Shown here piece by piece: positions 12,629-27,180 of a stretch of DNA of 64,000 nucleotides. Position numbers and translations under genes: made by a program. The notes below the pieces were generated by a model. The model saw nothing but the letters and a program-made list of their open reading frames with translations. It ran no database searches and was not told where the DNA came from. Within the stretch, counting starts at the first letter, position 1. Every line of letters begins with the position of its first letter. Origin of the DNA: Cenococcum geophilum. Taxonomy: Eukaryota. The stretch is taken from positions 620,001 through 684,000 of the forward strand of contig CP158635.1 in assembly GCA_050273025.1 (NCBI GenBank), read 5' to 3'.

Positions 12629-14721
12629 CACACCCCTAGATTTAACAGTGCAGTTAAAGCTGTAGAAAAATGAAGGTCAAAACTATACCAACATAGGAAA
12701 TTTAGATACAATTTAAGAGTAGTAAAAGAATGGGGTAACCATAACGGATATTACAAATATCGCGGATATTGCGGATATTGCGAATCAATTGATCTAATGT
12801 TAAATATCCACCAAATTCAACTGCTTTATCCATACTTCATGCTTTTAACGAGGTAAGATTTTAGTAAGACCGTCGGCAGGCATTTTGGCCGTAGAAACCT
12901 ATTAAACGTTAATCTTTTTGTCTTAGACTTTCTGTATAAGCTAGTGCTAATAAACGTCGATATATTAAAGCTTAGTATCAGGTTTTGGTGTGTCCTGTCT
13001 TAATAGGCGTACGGTTTGCATATTATCGTATAGTAGGGTAAATTCGCGTTCTAAATTGAAGCCGACTGCCTTAAAGAATCGTTGCCACTAGATAATCTCA
13101 ATAGCAATAATAGATAGGGAGAGAAGTTCTGCTTTAGTAATTAATCGAGTTACTAATTGCTATAGGGTCGCCTTCCAATTAATTAGCCCTTTAAATAGCA
13201 TAAATAGGTATCCTTAAGAGCTCCGTCTAATCTCTTTATAATCCGTAAATACTATATTAAATGCTCTGTAAAAGGCGATGTCTTCTCCTTTAGGGTTTTT
13301 AAAGTAGATATATACTCTAAATACTTTACTAGAATATTTAATAGCTGTCAATTTTATTCTAAGGCAGTAGGTAATAGCTTAGTTTGCCGTATTAAGGTGC
13401 TTTTAATTTAAATTAGTAAGGAATTCGGCCAGTTTAGAATATATCTTAGCAATATTAGGTCTTCTATACGGTAAGGTATATAAGCAACCCTACTCGCTAC
13501 TAGTAGGCTAGTGTCCTTTAAGGGTTCGTCTGCTAGTTAGACGGAATTAGTTCTTTAGTAGGAAGTAATAACTTAGGAAATCTACCTAGTTAAATATTAA
13601 ATTAATTGGCTATCTTTTTAATATAGGAATCTTAGCAAAGCCAGAGCTTTTAACTTAGTCGATCTCGTTCGATTTAAATTCCTAGGAACTACTGTAGGTC
13701 TCCTAGTATATGGATCTCGTATTAGTATAGTAGTTTAGCTTCAAATTCTTTAAATCTTTAAAGGTCCTTTTTAGCAAATAGAACGGCGATATTGTCTACG
13801 TAGAAGAAGATAATAAGTCGTCCGTTAGTAAATAGGTAGTTAGTGCCTAGTACTAGTTTCAATCCAAATTTAGCTAAGGTACTAGTAAGCTCTTTATACT
13901 AAAGTAGTGGTGAGATTTTTAATCTATATAGCGCTATAAGTAGCTCTAGGACATGTTTATCTTATTTAAATCCTTTTAGGTAGTAGTAGTAAACTAGCTT
14001 ATTAAGCTTGGCGTTTATAAATACGTTTATAGCGTTATACTGTCGAATTTCCAAATTAAATGCAGCTGCTATAGCCATAAGTGCACGGAATATTCGAGCA
14101 GCTAGGGTTACTGCATAGGTCTCTTCTTCGGTAATCTATAAGTCTTCGCAGACACACAGTCTAGCTTTAAGCTTTTATAGGTAACCGTCGCTATTAGGCT
14201 TATATTTAAAGACCTATTTTAGTAAAAGGATCTGCTTATTGCTTACTTCTGCTTTTAGTACAGTCTTAAATATCCCTTAGCGCTTTAGGTCGTTATATTC
14301 TTTTTCTATAGCCTTTTAAAAGCTAGTAGTTAAAGGATACTTTCTTAGTTCTTTAAGGTTCTTTAGTTTAGGAGGAAGATTGTCCTAATATAGAGATAAG
14401 GATCTAGTTCGGTTAATGTCCTTTACTAGTCCTATAATAAATCTAGCGTAGTAACTAAATAGGGTAGATAGATTGGCTAGTGCTATCGCATACGCTTAAT
14501 ATTAAATTCGTTTAAATCCTTCTAATAGGATAAGGTTGGCAGAAGGTTTAGCTAAGACTTTATTAGCTCGTGGAGCTATATTAGTTACTCTATTAAATAG
14601 TTTTAGGGAACTTAGCTAGGTAGGAATTGCTTTAATTATATCTAGGATATCGTCTTAAAGTCCTTTTAGTGTAGTATTTGTTTCTAGTAGATTTAGAGAT
14701 GCCGTTCTACTAGGAGTTAGT

Positions 14722-14936
14722 TATAAGGGATATTATTATAAACACTTTAGGTTGCCCTTAGGACAACCCCCGGACGCCCCTTAAATAGTTGCCGGTTACG
14801 TGCCAGAGGCACGTGCCCGTAGTATATAGTCTCCACAATCCCAAAGGCCTTACCTCCTTAAGGATTTGTCTCTCTTACTAATCTATTTTATTCTAATCAT
14901 ATCCTTATAGCCCCCTGTCTATAAAATCCCCTTATA
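14722..14936 (+). repeat. Gypsy D 5' LTR
   Basis: Direct repeat of 30062-30276. Confidence 0.92.
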
Positions 14937-17900
14937 TTCAAATCCTTTTTACTTTTTTTTAGAAGGGTAGTTGGCTTTAAGGACCAGATTGTTTATTTAT
15001 ATCTTTTATTTATAACTACTATCCTCCCTTAAAATCTCGCGACGACCTAAACGGAAACTCTACGGATACCTTATAGAAAGCTGTCGCGTAAAGGCAGGAA
15101 GGTCCCTTTAATAGCGAGAGATTGCGATAATATAACCCTCTGAGTAAGATGGCCGAATAAGCCTTAATACCTAGATACTTTAAGAGCTTGAAGACTCTTA
15201 TATACCTATAGTTACTAGTAACACTAAGGAAAATATAAATACCCTCTATAATAGTTATAATACTACTAAAAAGTAGCTAGAACCCCTTTAGCCCTACCTA
15301 GGCTAATTAAAAGATTAAGCGCTAGAGGCAACTTTAAGATTTTCTCCTAAGCTAGAAATGCTAGAGGAATATACTAACGCGTTTAACTAGGGAACTAACT
15401 AGAACCCTCCCAGAAGACTACCGGCCTATAATTGGTATAGTAGCGGTATATAAACTGCTTATAAGCTAAGCAGGCCTACCCTTTTAGATAATTTAAGCTA
15501 ATTACTAACTTAAGACCTAAGCCCTGTTAGGAAGCCTATACTAGCTACTAGTACTAATACTACCTCTATAGTAGGAGCCTCCCTAGGCCCAAGTTTAGAA
15601 GGTTAAGAGCCCTATACCGATCTCCTTTAAGATAGATATTAGGAAGCTATTATAAGGCTCTCGGAAGCTATACGGGAGGAAGCTACTAATAAATATATTA
15701 GAACCCTTTAAGGGCAAATCTAGATCTAGTAGGGTCTAATCTAAGCTAGGTAAATTTTTTTATAACCTAGTTAAGGCTAAGGGCTTCTTAGGAGCTACTT
15801 AATACCTACCTAAGAAGGTATAGAAGACTTAGAGAGTTATCTACGCTATAAATAAAAAAAAGATATGGACTAACTGGCTAAGGCCTTTAGTAGTTTAGAA
15901 CTCCGCTATAGACCTAATGCCTAGTAGTTAGACGATTGGGTTTGTAAGGTAGATAACTTCTTTAAGATGCTAATGATATAAGATAATACTAAAGAGTGTA
16001 TACGCTAGATTATTAGCAAGATTAAAGACTAATTGCTAAACTAGATTATACTTAATTAGCTTAATAAAGAGTAAATTACTATATAGCTATAGCTGCAAAC
16101 CTTCCTAAAGAAATGAACTTAAAATCTGTATATCGTATAATATAATAATGCAGAGCTATTCTAGAATAAGATACAGCTAGACCGCTATAACTTCCGCTAG
16201 TTTATAAACTTTATAGAAACTTATACTTAGTAGATAGATTTAGAGCTCTTTAAAAATAAGGACGGTAGTATTTATAAGAAGGAGAAGATCGGGTTTATCT
16301 AGGCTAGAATTAAGCTAGTAATTTATAATAAAATAAAGCGCGTAGGAGCCCTATCGCGGATTACTATATATATAGATTTTAAACAAGCAGTTCTAAACGC
16401 TAAAGATATAGTAAGGAACTAGACCTCTTTTAGTAGGAAGCTAGGGGGTTACTAGAAGTGTAGGTACTCTAGTAGTAATATAGGGTAGACCTAACCTTTA
16501 AAGAAGCCGTTCTTAAAGAGAACTTTAGAAGGGTTAAAGTTAGGAACCTTAAATAATAGGAAAGACTTCTAGGGTTAACCTAATACCCATTTAGCACCTT
16601 TATAAAAACACTCCAAGAAGTTAAGAGAAAACTTTAGAGGTAGATTCTATTGGAAAAATAAGTAGGGTAATAACCGCACTAATAATCTAAAAAAAAGAAA
16701 AGCCCTAGTTATAGACCTTTTTTAGCTGCAACTAGGGCAAGATATAAAAGGAGAGACTCTCCGTATTGCTATTAAGCTAGAAATAACACTCCCTATAGGT
16801 GAGGTACGATAGTTCTAAGCACTATACAATAGCGGCGCCGAAATCAATCTTATATAATATAATTTGGTAAAAGAGTATAAACTTATCCTATTATAAAGGT
16901 AGCGGAAACCTATTATAGGCTTCCTAGATAAGCATTAGATTAAACTATATAGTGCCTATAAGCTTACAGTATTAGTGGCCGATATGTATAACCACACTAA
17001 GGTAGTCGGCCCGCAACCCTTCTAGGTAGCTGACTTTGTAGGTTATAACCTTATTCTTAGATACCCTTGGCTTATAAAAGTAGATCTTAAGATACGCTTT
17101 AAAACTAGAGCCTTTAAATAGTAGAACGATAAAGATTTGGAAGGGTGTATATTACTAATAAGCCTAAAGGATATTCTAGAGAATGTAGCCCTAGGTAAAA
17201 TAGTATACGCTCTATACCTAAAGGAGTATTAAACCTAACCTCTATTTAATAGTAAGATGGGTATAGAGCCTAGTATAGGTGATAACCCCTTTATAATAAA
17301 GACCCTATAGGGAACTACCGGATAGGTCGTAAAGATATTATAGGGAGGTAGCGATCTTAAGGATTTTATAAGATACTTTAACCGCTATAGGTTATTCTGG
17401 CTTAAGCAATATGCGGAGAGTATGCTATAGCACCTTAAACGCTGCGTTAAGGAGTTCCCTACCTTCTACTGGCTACCGCATAAAATGGTTTAACGTATAG
17501 TGGCAACTATATATAAGTAACTACTATAGCGCACAACGCTACCCGCGAGCATTCTAAGGGAGCTCTAGAATCTACCTAATAATGATACGGAGGATAAATG
17601 CGACCCTAATTTGTTAAATATTCTAGTAGGCCTAAGGGACTTACTAAGGGTATTTTTGGGTAGGAGAGCTAAAGTCCTACCGCAGAACTTGATATATAAT
17701 TATGTAATTAATCTAAAAGAAGGTAAACAACTGCCAAACTTTTTTATTTATAACCTCTCGCGCAAAGAGCTTAAGATCCTATGGGAGTACCTTAATAGGT
17801 TACTAGAAAAGGGGTAGATCCGGCCTAGTAAGTTACTGTTAGGCGCACCGATCCTCTTTATTCTAAAACTAGATGGAACTATAAGGCTATATGTAGACTA

Positions 17901-20594
17901 TTACGGTCTTAATAAGATTATAATTAAGAACCGTTACCCACTACTACTAGTTAGTAAAATGCTAGATTAACTATCTAGGGCAAAGATCTTTACAAAGCTA
18001 GATTTATAAGACGCCTACTATAGGCTCCGTATTAAAGAAGGGGATAAGTAGAATACCGCTTTTAAGACCTAATATAGCTACTTTAAGTATTTAGTAATGC
18101 CTTTTAGGCTAGCCAATGCGCCTGTAATATTCTAATTATATATTTACAGAGCCTTAGGGGGACTAGTTAACCGTATATATATTATCTATTTAGATAATAT
18201 CTTAATCTACTTAGAAGATAAGGATTAATACGAGTAACACGTCCGCGAAGTGCTGGAACGTTTAGATAATTAGGGCCTCTACGCTAAGGCGTTAAAGTAT
18301 ATCTTTAATATTAAGTAGGTCGAGTTCCTAGGTTATATTATAACGCCTATAGGTGTAGTTATGGACCTAGTATAGGTATAGATAATTTAGGAGTGGCCGG
18401 AGCTAGAGAGCTACTAGGATATTTAAGTATTCCTAAGCTTTGCCAATTTCTATAGGCGCTTTATCTATAACTACTTAGACGTTACCTAATACCTATCTAA
18501 CTATATTACGAAAGCTTCCCAAGACCTAACCTAAGGAGTAAAAAGCTTAAATGCGGTAAGGAAGAAAACTAAAAAGGGACTAACTAAATAGTATAAGCTA
18601 TAATTATGGCCCGGAAAGGTTTAAAAGGCCTTTTAGGAACTTCGCGTAAAGTTTATAAAAGCTCTATTACTACGGCATTTCAACCTAAATTAGCCATTAA
18701 TAATGATTAATAATGTATTAAATTTTGCCCTTATTAGTATCCTACTATAATCTAATAGGCATTTAGACACTACCTAGCTCTATTAGAGACTAATAGTATT
18801 TTATAGCAGAAAATTCTAGGGACCTAAAGTTAGGTATTATACCCACGATAAGGAACTGCTAGCTATAGTTAACTACTTTAAATAGTGGTGACACTACCTT
18901 AAGCACGTAAGCTATACCACTTATATACTTTTAGATTATTATAATCTACGCTACTTTATAACTATAAAGGAGCTTATACCTTAATAAGCTAGATAGGTAG
19001 AGGAGCTTACGTGATTTAATTTTAAGATTAAATATAAGCTAGGGGAAAACAACCCTACTAATAGACCGTTACGACGGCCAGACTATACTAAAGGCTTTAA
19101 AACGGGAGAAGGAAAATAGATAATAAATATCTTACTCCCTATATTGCAGAACAAGCTCTAGGTGTGGGATGCTTAAATACCTATAGCTCTATATACTAAG
19201 TCTTAGGTAGTATAAGCCCTATTAGTTTCTACTAACGTTTCGGCTAGTACCCGGTCTGTTGCCGATAAGGGTCCAAATATACCTAAATAGGACGTCCCTA
19301 ATATATTCTTAGAACCTAATAATATACTATCCCTAATTACTAAGCTATCCCCTTAAGCTAATAGTAAAGCTATAGAGTAATTGGAACTTGGAGCCCTATA
19401 ATAACTAAAGGACTTTAACCTTATAGCGGCCTTTCTAACGTACGCGCATTAAAGAGTTATAAGATCTATAGTACTATCTAGTCTTATACTTAGAGTAGTA
19501 TAGGACAAAATAGCTTTTACCCGGGAATTATCTAAAAGGTTAACGGATCTTATCCGTAAGGTATAATAGAGGGGCGCTTTTTATGCTATCCTTAATATAG
19601 AAGTAGACTAGAAACGTAACGAAAAGGAAGCTGCTAGGCGTTACTATTAGGAACTAGACCTAATAGGCCTACTATATAGAGGTAATAAGGTTTAGGTGCT
19701 ATAAAAAGCAAATCTATAATAGAAGATTCTTATAAAGAATTACGATAATCCTTTAGGCGGCTACTATAGTTAAGCAAAGATAGTGGAATTACTTTAGCGT
19801 AAATACTATTAGCTAAGGCTTAATTAGGAAGTAAAGGAGTATATTAGCTATTATAAGAAGTGTTAAGTATATAAGATCCGTAGGTATAAGCTATGGGGTC
19901 TACTTAAATTAGTTCCCCCCGCCAGTAAGCTATAGCGACATTACGCTATAAACTTTATTACGGATCTTCCGCTATTTAAAGATAGCTAAGGACGAATATA
20001 CAATTTAGTTCTTATACTTGTTAATAGGTTTTCAAAGTACGTCTAATACCTTCCCGTTAATAAGATGATTAATATATAAGAGCTTGCTAACCTAATTAAG
20101 GAAAAATGCTTTCTTAAAGTAGATTAGCTATACTCTATTATTACTAATAGGGGCAGCGTCTTTATAAGCCAATACTGGTCGGACCTATGCTTCTATTTAA
20201 AGATAGATTACTAGTATAATACGGCTTTTTACCTATAGACGGATAGGTAAACGGAACGCCAGAACTAGGAACTAGAGTCTTATCTATAGATATATTTAAA
20301 CTACTAGTAAGATAACTAGTATAAGCTACTTTTATATGCGGAGTACGCTTATAATTTAAAGTAATATATATTATATAAGTATGCACTAATCTAGATTGCC
20401 TATAGCGTTTAACTATTTGGGTTTAATGGCATACCTAATAATTACTGGCTAAGGCCGTATAATTAGTTATAGGATCCTACTGGGAAGTCTAAAGATATCT
20501 ACTAAAGAGTATAAGGATACCTCTAGGAATAGGAGGAGTAATAAAAGTATATAAAGTAGAGCCTATAAGATGCCTAAGAGTAGTAGAGACTTTA

Positions 20595-20797
20595 TGTTAG
20601 GCTATAGAGACGCACTAGCCGTAACCGGCTTAGCGTAGGCGAGGCGCAGGCGAGGCGCCTACAAAACGTAGTTGCCCCGTATTAGAGAACAATAGAATTC
20701 AGTTCTATAGTTCTACTTTATTAAGAACCAGATACTCTTTACATCCCGCTACTATTGTTATATTACTATATACCCTAAGGACCTCGGCGTCCTAACA
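20595..20797 (+). repeat. Gypsy E 5' LTR
   Basis: TGTTAGG...CCTAACA termini; direct repeat of 26978-27180. Confidence 0.93.
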
Positions 20798-23700
20798 GTA
20801 CTAAATTCTTATCCCTTTTTAGGGGTAGTGGCCCAACAATATAGTGGTCTGCTAAGGCTACGACTATATAGCAGCAACCCTCTGTTAAGAAGACGACCTG
20901 TATTTATTAACTATATCGCAGCCTATTGACCTAATGGCGAGACGCGGGCGTACTAGCGTAGTGCGTACTACTAAGACTAGGGATCAGCCCTAGGATAATA
21001 TAGGCGAACCTATATTGTCCTAGACAGAACTGGAAGCTATAGGTAAAGGGGATATATAGGAAGAAATATAACGGCTAGAGAACGAGAAGCTACAACTCCT
21101 AGAGTAAAGAAAACTATACTTACTTAGGGAAGAGGTGGAAGTACTAAGACGGCGTTAACGTGGTGAGGTGACGTTAACTCCCGTTCCTAACCTATCTTTA
21201 TAACCTTAAATAATCCTATTAGAGTACTTAGGGGGTAGCTTAATATATTTAAGTCTTAAGCGGAGGGCTACTAATATATTAGGCACTCTATTAAAACGGG
21301 CCGTTAAGATAAAGAAGATTGCTCTATATTATGGCAAGTCTATATAAGAGCACTAAGACTTCCGTAATAGCTTAAAGCTAGCGTTTCGCCTAAAGCGCGA
21401 TAGCTTTATAGATAAGGATACTAAGGTTGTGTTTACTATATAATATATAAAGGGGACTAACCAAACCCTTTGGCTATAGTATAAAGATAACTATCTAGAC
21501 ACGCAGTTTACCTAGGATGAGTTTATGGAATTCCTACTTAACTAGGTTAAAAGTCCTATTAATTAAGAACTCTATATAGCCTTAACCTATATAAAGGTAA
21601 TGTAGCGAACTGATTAACTAGTAAACGAGTTTACTGCTTACCTGACCTCCTTAAAAGCGCAAATTAACCCTCCTTATAATGTAAAGCATTTAATAATATA
21701 TCTGTTTGTGAAGCTGCGGCTAGAGCTATAGGTTGCTATTACTAACTATTAAGAATTCCCTTAAACTTAAGACTAGCTAGTTTCCCTAGCTGCCTTATTA
21801 GAGGAAAACTAGAAGAGCGCAAGCGCCCTATAGGGTAGAAGCAATAGGCGTGCCGTAAACTTGAATATAAAGACTACCTAGTTGGGTAACTTAGGGAAAG
21901 CGGACTCTAAAACCACCGTTAACGACTTAATGGCGGGGCGAAGCAATACCGCTGGGGGTTTGATTTAGCCTAAAGGAAACTGCTTAAGGTGTGGGCAGCT
22001 AGGATATTAGTGGCGATAATATAAAGAGCTGTAACGGAATTAACTACCGCTAAGCAGCGTAAACGCTACCTCTATACTAGGAAAAGATAAGCGCCTTTAG
22101 ACCTCCTTATAGCCGTAGGGTGTAAACTCCTACTAGATTATAAGGAAGCTATTACTATCTTAGGTAAAGTCCTTTTTAAGTAAATCTAGAAGGAGACCTT
22201 AGTAATACTTAATATCAGTGCTAAAGTAAATTTAATTAACTAGTGATTTGTAATGGAGTATAACTTTAAGATATTAGATGCAGAATTGCCTACCTACTCC
22301 TAGTTAAACAAAACTTAGGTATATTGCTATAAAGCCTATAAGGTACTATTACGAATAAAGGACAGCTGGGGTAGGATTAGGGAAGTAACCCTTATCTACT
22401 ATAGAATGGCTAATGTATTCCCCCCTATTACCCTAGGTATGCTAGGGTTAAAGAAGGCCTAGCTTCTTATTAACTGCGAGGCGAAGGCGTGGCAATGAAA
22501 GCTGGATGGCTTATCCCTATTGCTATAAACCCCTAAGGGTTTTATAAAGTCTCTCTAAAGGGAATCTAGGGTCTTCGCCCTAGTAATTACTGGATTAATG
22601 CCTAGTAAATAAGACGATGATAGCTTACTGGTCCTTCCCCTATAGTTAAAAGAAGCTAGCAATATCTTCTTATATAAGGAAGCAGGAAAGCTACCCCAAC
22701 ACTACTGGGGCGATTATACTATTGACCTAGAAGAGGGATAGGAGGTCCTGTATAGACCGCTTTATAACCTCTTAGTTAAGGAGCTAGAGGTACTAAGGGA
22801 GTACTTAGACGACGCCTTAGCTAAAGGCTAGATTTAACTAAGTACTAGTCCTATAGGGGCACCTGTCCTATTCGTACCTAAAAAAGATAAAAAGCTATGG
22901 CTTTGTGTAGACTATAAAGGCCTTAATAAGGTAACGATTAAGAATTGTCTTATACTACTATTAATTAGTAAGACCTTAGACCGCTTAGTAGGTTCTAAGA
23001 TCTTTACTAAGTTGGACCTAATAAATGCGTACTACCGCCTTTGTATCCATTGGGGCAATAAGTAAAAGATAGCGTTCCGCACGCGTTATAGCCACTTTAA
23101 GTATTTAGTTTTGCCTTTTGAGTTAATTAACGGACTAGTAACCTTTTAGGGCTATATTAATTAAGCCTTGTTAGGACTAGTAGACGTCTTCTATATAGTC
23201 TACCTTAATAATATTCTAATTTTCTTGGAAAATTTAGAGGAACACTGGTGCCACGTACTAGAAGTGCTACGTAGGTTGTGGTAATATTAACTATATACAA
23301 ACCTTAAGAAGTGCAGGTTTGGCGTATAAGAGGTTAAGTTCCTAGAATATATTATTAGTCCTAAAGGCGTAGCGATAAATCCTAGCCAGGTAGAAGCCAT
23401 TACTAAGTAAAAGAGCCCCCGATCCTATAGGGATATCTAGGTCTTTCTAGGTTTTGCTAACTTCTATTACTGGTTTATTTATAATTACTCTACTATTACG
23501 AAGCCTATTACTAATCTCCTTAAGGGAGTAAAAAACGGCCGTAAAGCTAGGCCTTTTAGTTAGCCAGAAGAGGCGGAGTAGGCAATACGCCAGCTCTATA
23601 ACGCCTTTATGACGGCGCCGCTCCTACGATACTATACGCTAGGCTTACTAACCTAGTTAAAGACTAATGCCTCTATATAAGGCCTAGTAGCAATTATATT

Positions 23701-25915
23701 ATAGCTGTTTAAAGATAACCTTTAGTATCTAATAGCTTTCTAGTCTAGGAAGCTTTCGCTAGTAGAGCGTAATTATAAGACTTATAATTAGGAGCTACTA
23801 GCTATTATAGAGGCTTTTAAGTATTGGAGATACTATATTAAGGGGCTATTAAGCCGCCTAAAAGTGCTTACAGATTATAATAATCTAAAGGGTTTTATAA
23901 AGTAAAAGCCCTTAATGGACGGCAAGCTGGATGGGCTATAGCATTAGCTGCCTATAACTTTATAATTAAGTATAGGGCGGGAAAAACGAACCCTGTAGAC
24001 GCGCCGTTAAGGCAACCCCTAGGCGTAGGGGGTCCGCTAGAAGAAGATACTATGCTACTACTGCTCTAAAGGACTTTAGGAATATAGGGCCACTAACCTA
24101 AGGTAAAAGTCCTATTAGGTATATAAGAAAGCGAGCCTTCTATAGAGGTATTATTTCTACGGCTATAAGCCGGCGACCTAACGGCGGTATGCCTGGGCTA
24201 TATAGCATTATAGTTTAACTAGGCAACCTATATATATACCGTCAAGCAGCATATAATAAGGACCTAAGTTAGAGAAGCTAGTACTTAAGAGAGTGCTTAT
24301 AAGTCTAGTACAGAAACCGTTGTTAAGCTTATTAAAGGACTCTAAACCAAAGATAACTTTGTACTGCAAAGGCGTAGCGACAGTATAGATACTGCGAGAC
24401 GCCGTTAACGCGCCCGCTTAAAGCCAGTATAGTAGTTTAATTCCGCTAGACTACTTTATTACCGCGGGAGGTTATATATACCCCTAAACCTAGCAGTTTG
24501 TATAAAACTCCTACAGATCCACCACAATAATGCCCTAGCTGGCCACTTCGGTAAGAAAAAGACCCTAGATTTACTCTTGCGTAAGTACTACTAGCCTAAT
24601 ATAACTGCGGACATTATAAACTATATCTCTACCTATAATCTATACCAGCGTATACATGCGCCTTAATATTACCCTTATAGCGAGCTCTAAGCGCTACCTT
24701 ACCCAGATTAGCCGTGGCAGGAGATTATAATAGATTTTATTATAGGCCTACCGCCTAGCAGACGAGGCGATAAGGTGTATAACGTAATATATGTAATAGT
24801 TAACCGCTATATAAAGATGGCCTTGTATCTGCCTATAGTAAAAACTATTACTATAACTAAACTTGCGGATCTCTTCCTTAATAAAGTAGTACGCCGTTTT
24901 AGAGCCCCTAGAGGGATTATATCTAATTATAGTAGTATCTTTACTAGTAAGTTCTAGTCGGAGCTATGCTTTGCTATAAAGATTAAACGTAGGCTAAGTA
25001 TAGCCTTTTGCCCGTAAATAGACGGGCAAATAGAACGCTAGAACTAAACCTTAGAGTATTACCTCCGTGTGTTCTATAACAAAAAGCAAAGCAACTAGGT
25101 AGGCCTCTTATTACTAGCCAAATTCGCCTATAATAATACTAAATATAGCATAACGGGTATAAGTCCGTTCTATACCTACTATAAGTTTTACCTACATCTA
25201 GAATATAAGGTCTAGGCAAACGATAATAGTTCTATTCTAGCCGCCTTTAAGAGGATTAAGAGAATATCCCTTAAACATAAAGCGCTAGCGAAACGCTAGG
25301 AGCATGCCGCCGAGGCGTAAGCGAAATACTACGATTGTTATTATTAACTATAGGTATATAAAGTAGGGGATTTAGTCTTACTATCGACTAAGAACCTTAA
25401 ACTAAAAAGGCTAAGTAAGAAACTTATAGTACGCTTTATTAGACCTTTTAGTATAGCCGAACTAGTTAGAAAGTAAGTATACTAACTATATCTACCTATA
25501 TCTTACTATATCCACCTAGTGTTCTATATTAGCTTACTAGAGCTATATAAATAATATAAGGGCACTACTAGAGACCCTTTATTAGGGCCTATTAAGCTAA
25601 ACGATTAAGCGGACTAAGAGGATTAATATGAGGTAGAAGAAGTATATAGAAGGAAGGGACGTAACTAGACCCTATAGTACCTAATTAAGTGGAAAAACTA
25701 GCTAGAAGAGTATAACAAATGGGTCCTAGTAAAGGACATTAATAAGGACGCAAAGGAGACGTATAATAGTTACTTTACCCTAAGGGGCAAACGGAAAAGA
25801 AAGTAGGTAAGAGAATAAAAAACTTTTAATTGGAACTGGGAGTACGCCCTACCAATAGGGCGACAACGGAACGACGGCGGAGCGACGGCAGTACGCTAAT
25901 AGAAATACAGAAACT

Positions 25916-26730
25916 CTACAGCTCTAACGAATCCTCCCTCTCCTCCCCTCCTTCCTCTTCCTCCTCCTCTCCCTCCTTATCCTCCTCCCCCTCCTCCTTA
26001 TCCTCCTTACTCTTATCCTCCTCCTTATTCCTTATAATAGGAGGCATATTAGCCTATAGGTACTATTAGCATACGCTATAACGGCGAAACATCTATGCTA
26101 TAATACGTACTAAAGCGCGCATTATGTTAAGAATTCCTTTAAGAGTATAACGGATAGCCTATAATTCCTGCACTTAAAGTAGAGGAAAGTCTTCGCCCTT
26201 TAGGCGCTAGCGGAAACCATACTTAGCGCCAGTGCGTACTAAGGCCTTAATATCCTTCGTAAAGGACTTCTAGATGGCAGTAACGCGAGCGTTAAGGTTA
26301 GCTATATCTCCGCTAGTAACTTACTAGCGCTTAGCCCTATTAATAAGGGCGAGTAGCTTATTTAGGCGGCTATAAAAGGCCTTAGGGACCTAGTCTATTA
26401 GCTATTAGAACCTAAACTAACGCACTTAGACTTACTAGTTAGCACAACTTATTTAGTTATTAGCAGTACCCGCAATTGCGGTTGGCCTACTTACCGTAGG
26501 TGGCCCGCTTAGTGGTAGCTATACGCTTAGCGCAGTAAAGGCAGATTGGTTCTAGCAAGGCTAAGGGGGCGGCTTATAAGCGGCGTGGGAGCTTTAACGG
26601 CGTTTAGTAGGGTTAGTAACAGCTATAAGCTAGTATAAAGAATACTTATAAAAGGTTCCCTAGCAGGCAGACCAATAGCTTAGCGCTTACAATTTATAGT
26701 TAATTAGAAGTCGTAAAAAAGGCGAGTTAT
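25916..26730 (-). pseudogene. Antisense spliced accessory gene of Gypsy E (six-Cys Zn-cluster-like N-terminus, acidic tail), RIP-mutated
   Basis: The minus strand reads EPICLxCAKRIATTKRAT(C)GK(Q)ANRNCGYC(QQ)LNKLC, then an intron at 26390-26435, a helical exon, an intron at 26054-26110 and an E/D/G-rich tail to a stop at 25916. The start is uncertain. Confidence 0.7.
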
Positions 26731-26977
26731 AGGCTAAATAAATTAAAATAGAATTAGAAGGGAAATCTAATGTCCTACCTGGGTAGAAACTCTTACCTTT
26801 ATAGATCTCTACAAGGTCCTATTGTTATATTATTCTATTATTATATTGTCCTATTATTACATTATCTAATTTACTTAAATTTATTAAAAACTTTTTATTT
26901 AGAGAAGGGCAATAATAGCACTCCTACTGTATAATAGCGTCGGCTAAGGACAGCCGCTTAAGAAGGGGGGGGGCAAT

Positions 26978-27180
26978 TATTAGGCTATAGAGACGCACTG
27001 GCCGTAACCAGCTTAGCGCAGGCGAGGCGTAGGCGAGGCGCCTATAAAACGTAGTCGCCCTATATTAGAGAATAATAGAATTTAGTTCTATAGTTCTACT
27101 TTATTAAGAACCAGATACTCTTTATATCCCGCTACTATTGTTATATTACTACATGCCCTAAGGACCTCGGCGTCCTAATA
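26978..27180 (+). repeat. Gypsy E 3' LTR
   Basis: Direct repeat of 20595-20797. Confidence 0.93.

Larger units (their letters stand above)
20595..27180 (+). mobile_element. Gypsy E: full-length chromovirus-type LTR retrotransposon, RIP-inactivated
   Basis: 203-bp LTRs at 20595-20797 and 26978-27180. Gag from ~20935 with knuckle CLRCGQxG(H)xWR(Q)(C) at ~21980; protease, RT (~22750-23400), RNase H, integrase (~24520-25200) and chromodomain (~25625-25760); PPT AAGAAGGGGGGGGGCAAT. Confidence 0.92.

Noticed and set aside
25830..26069. Ser-rich 79-aa plus-strand ORF
   Set aside because: It is the reverse complement of the acidic tail of the Gypsy E antisense gene.
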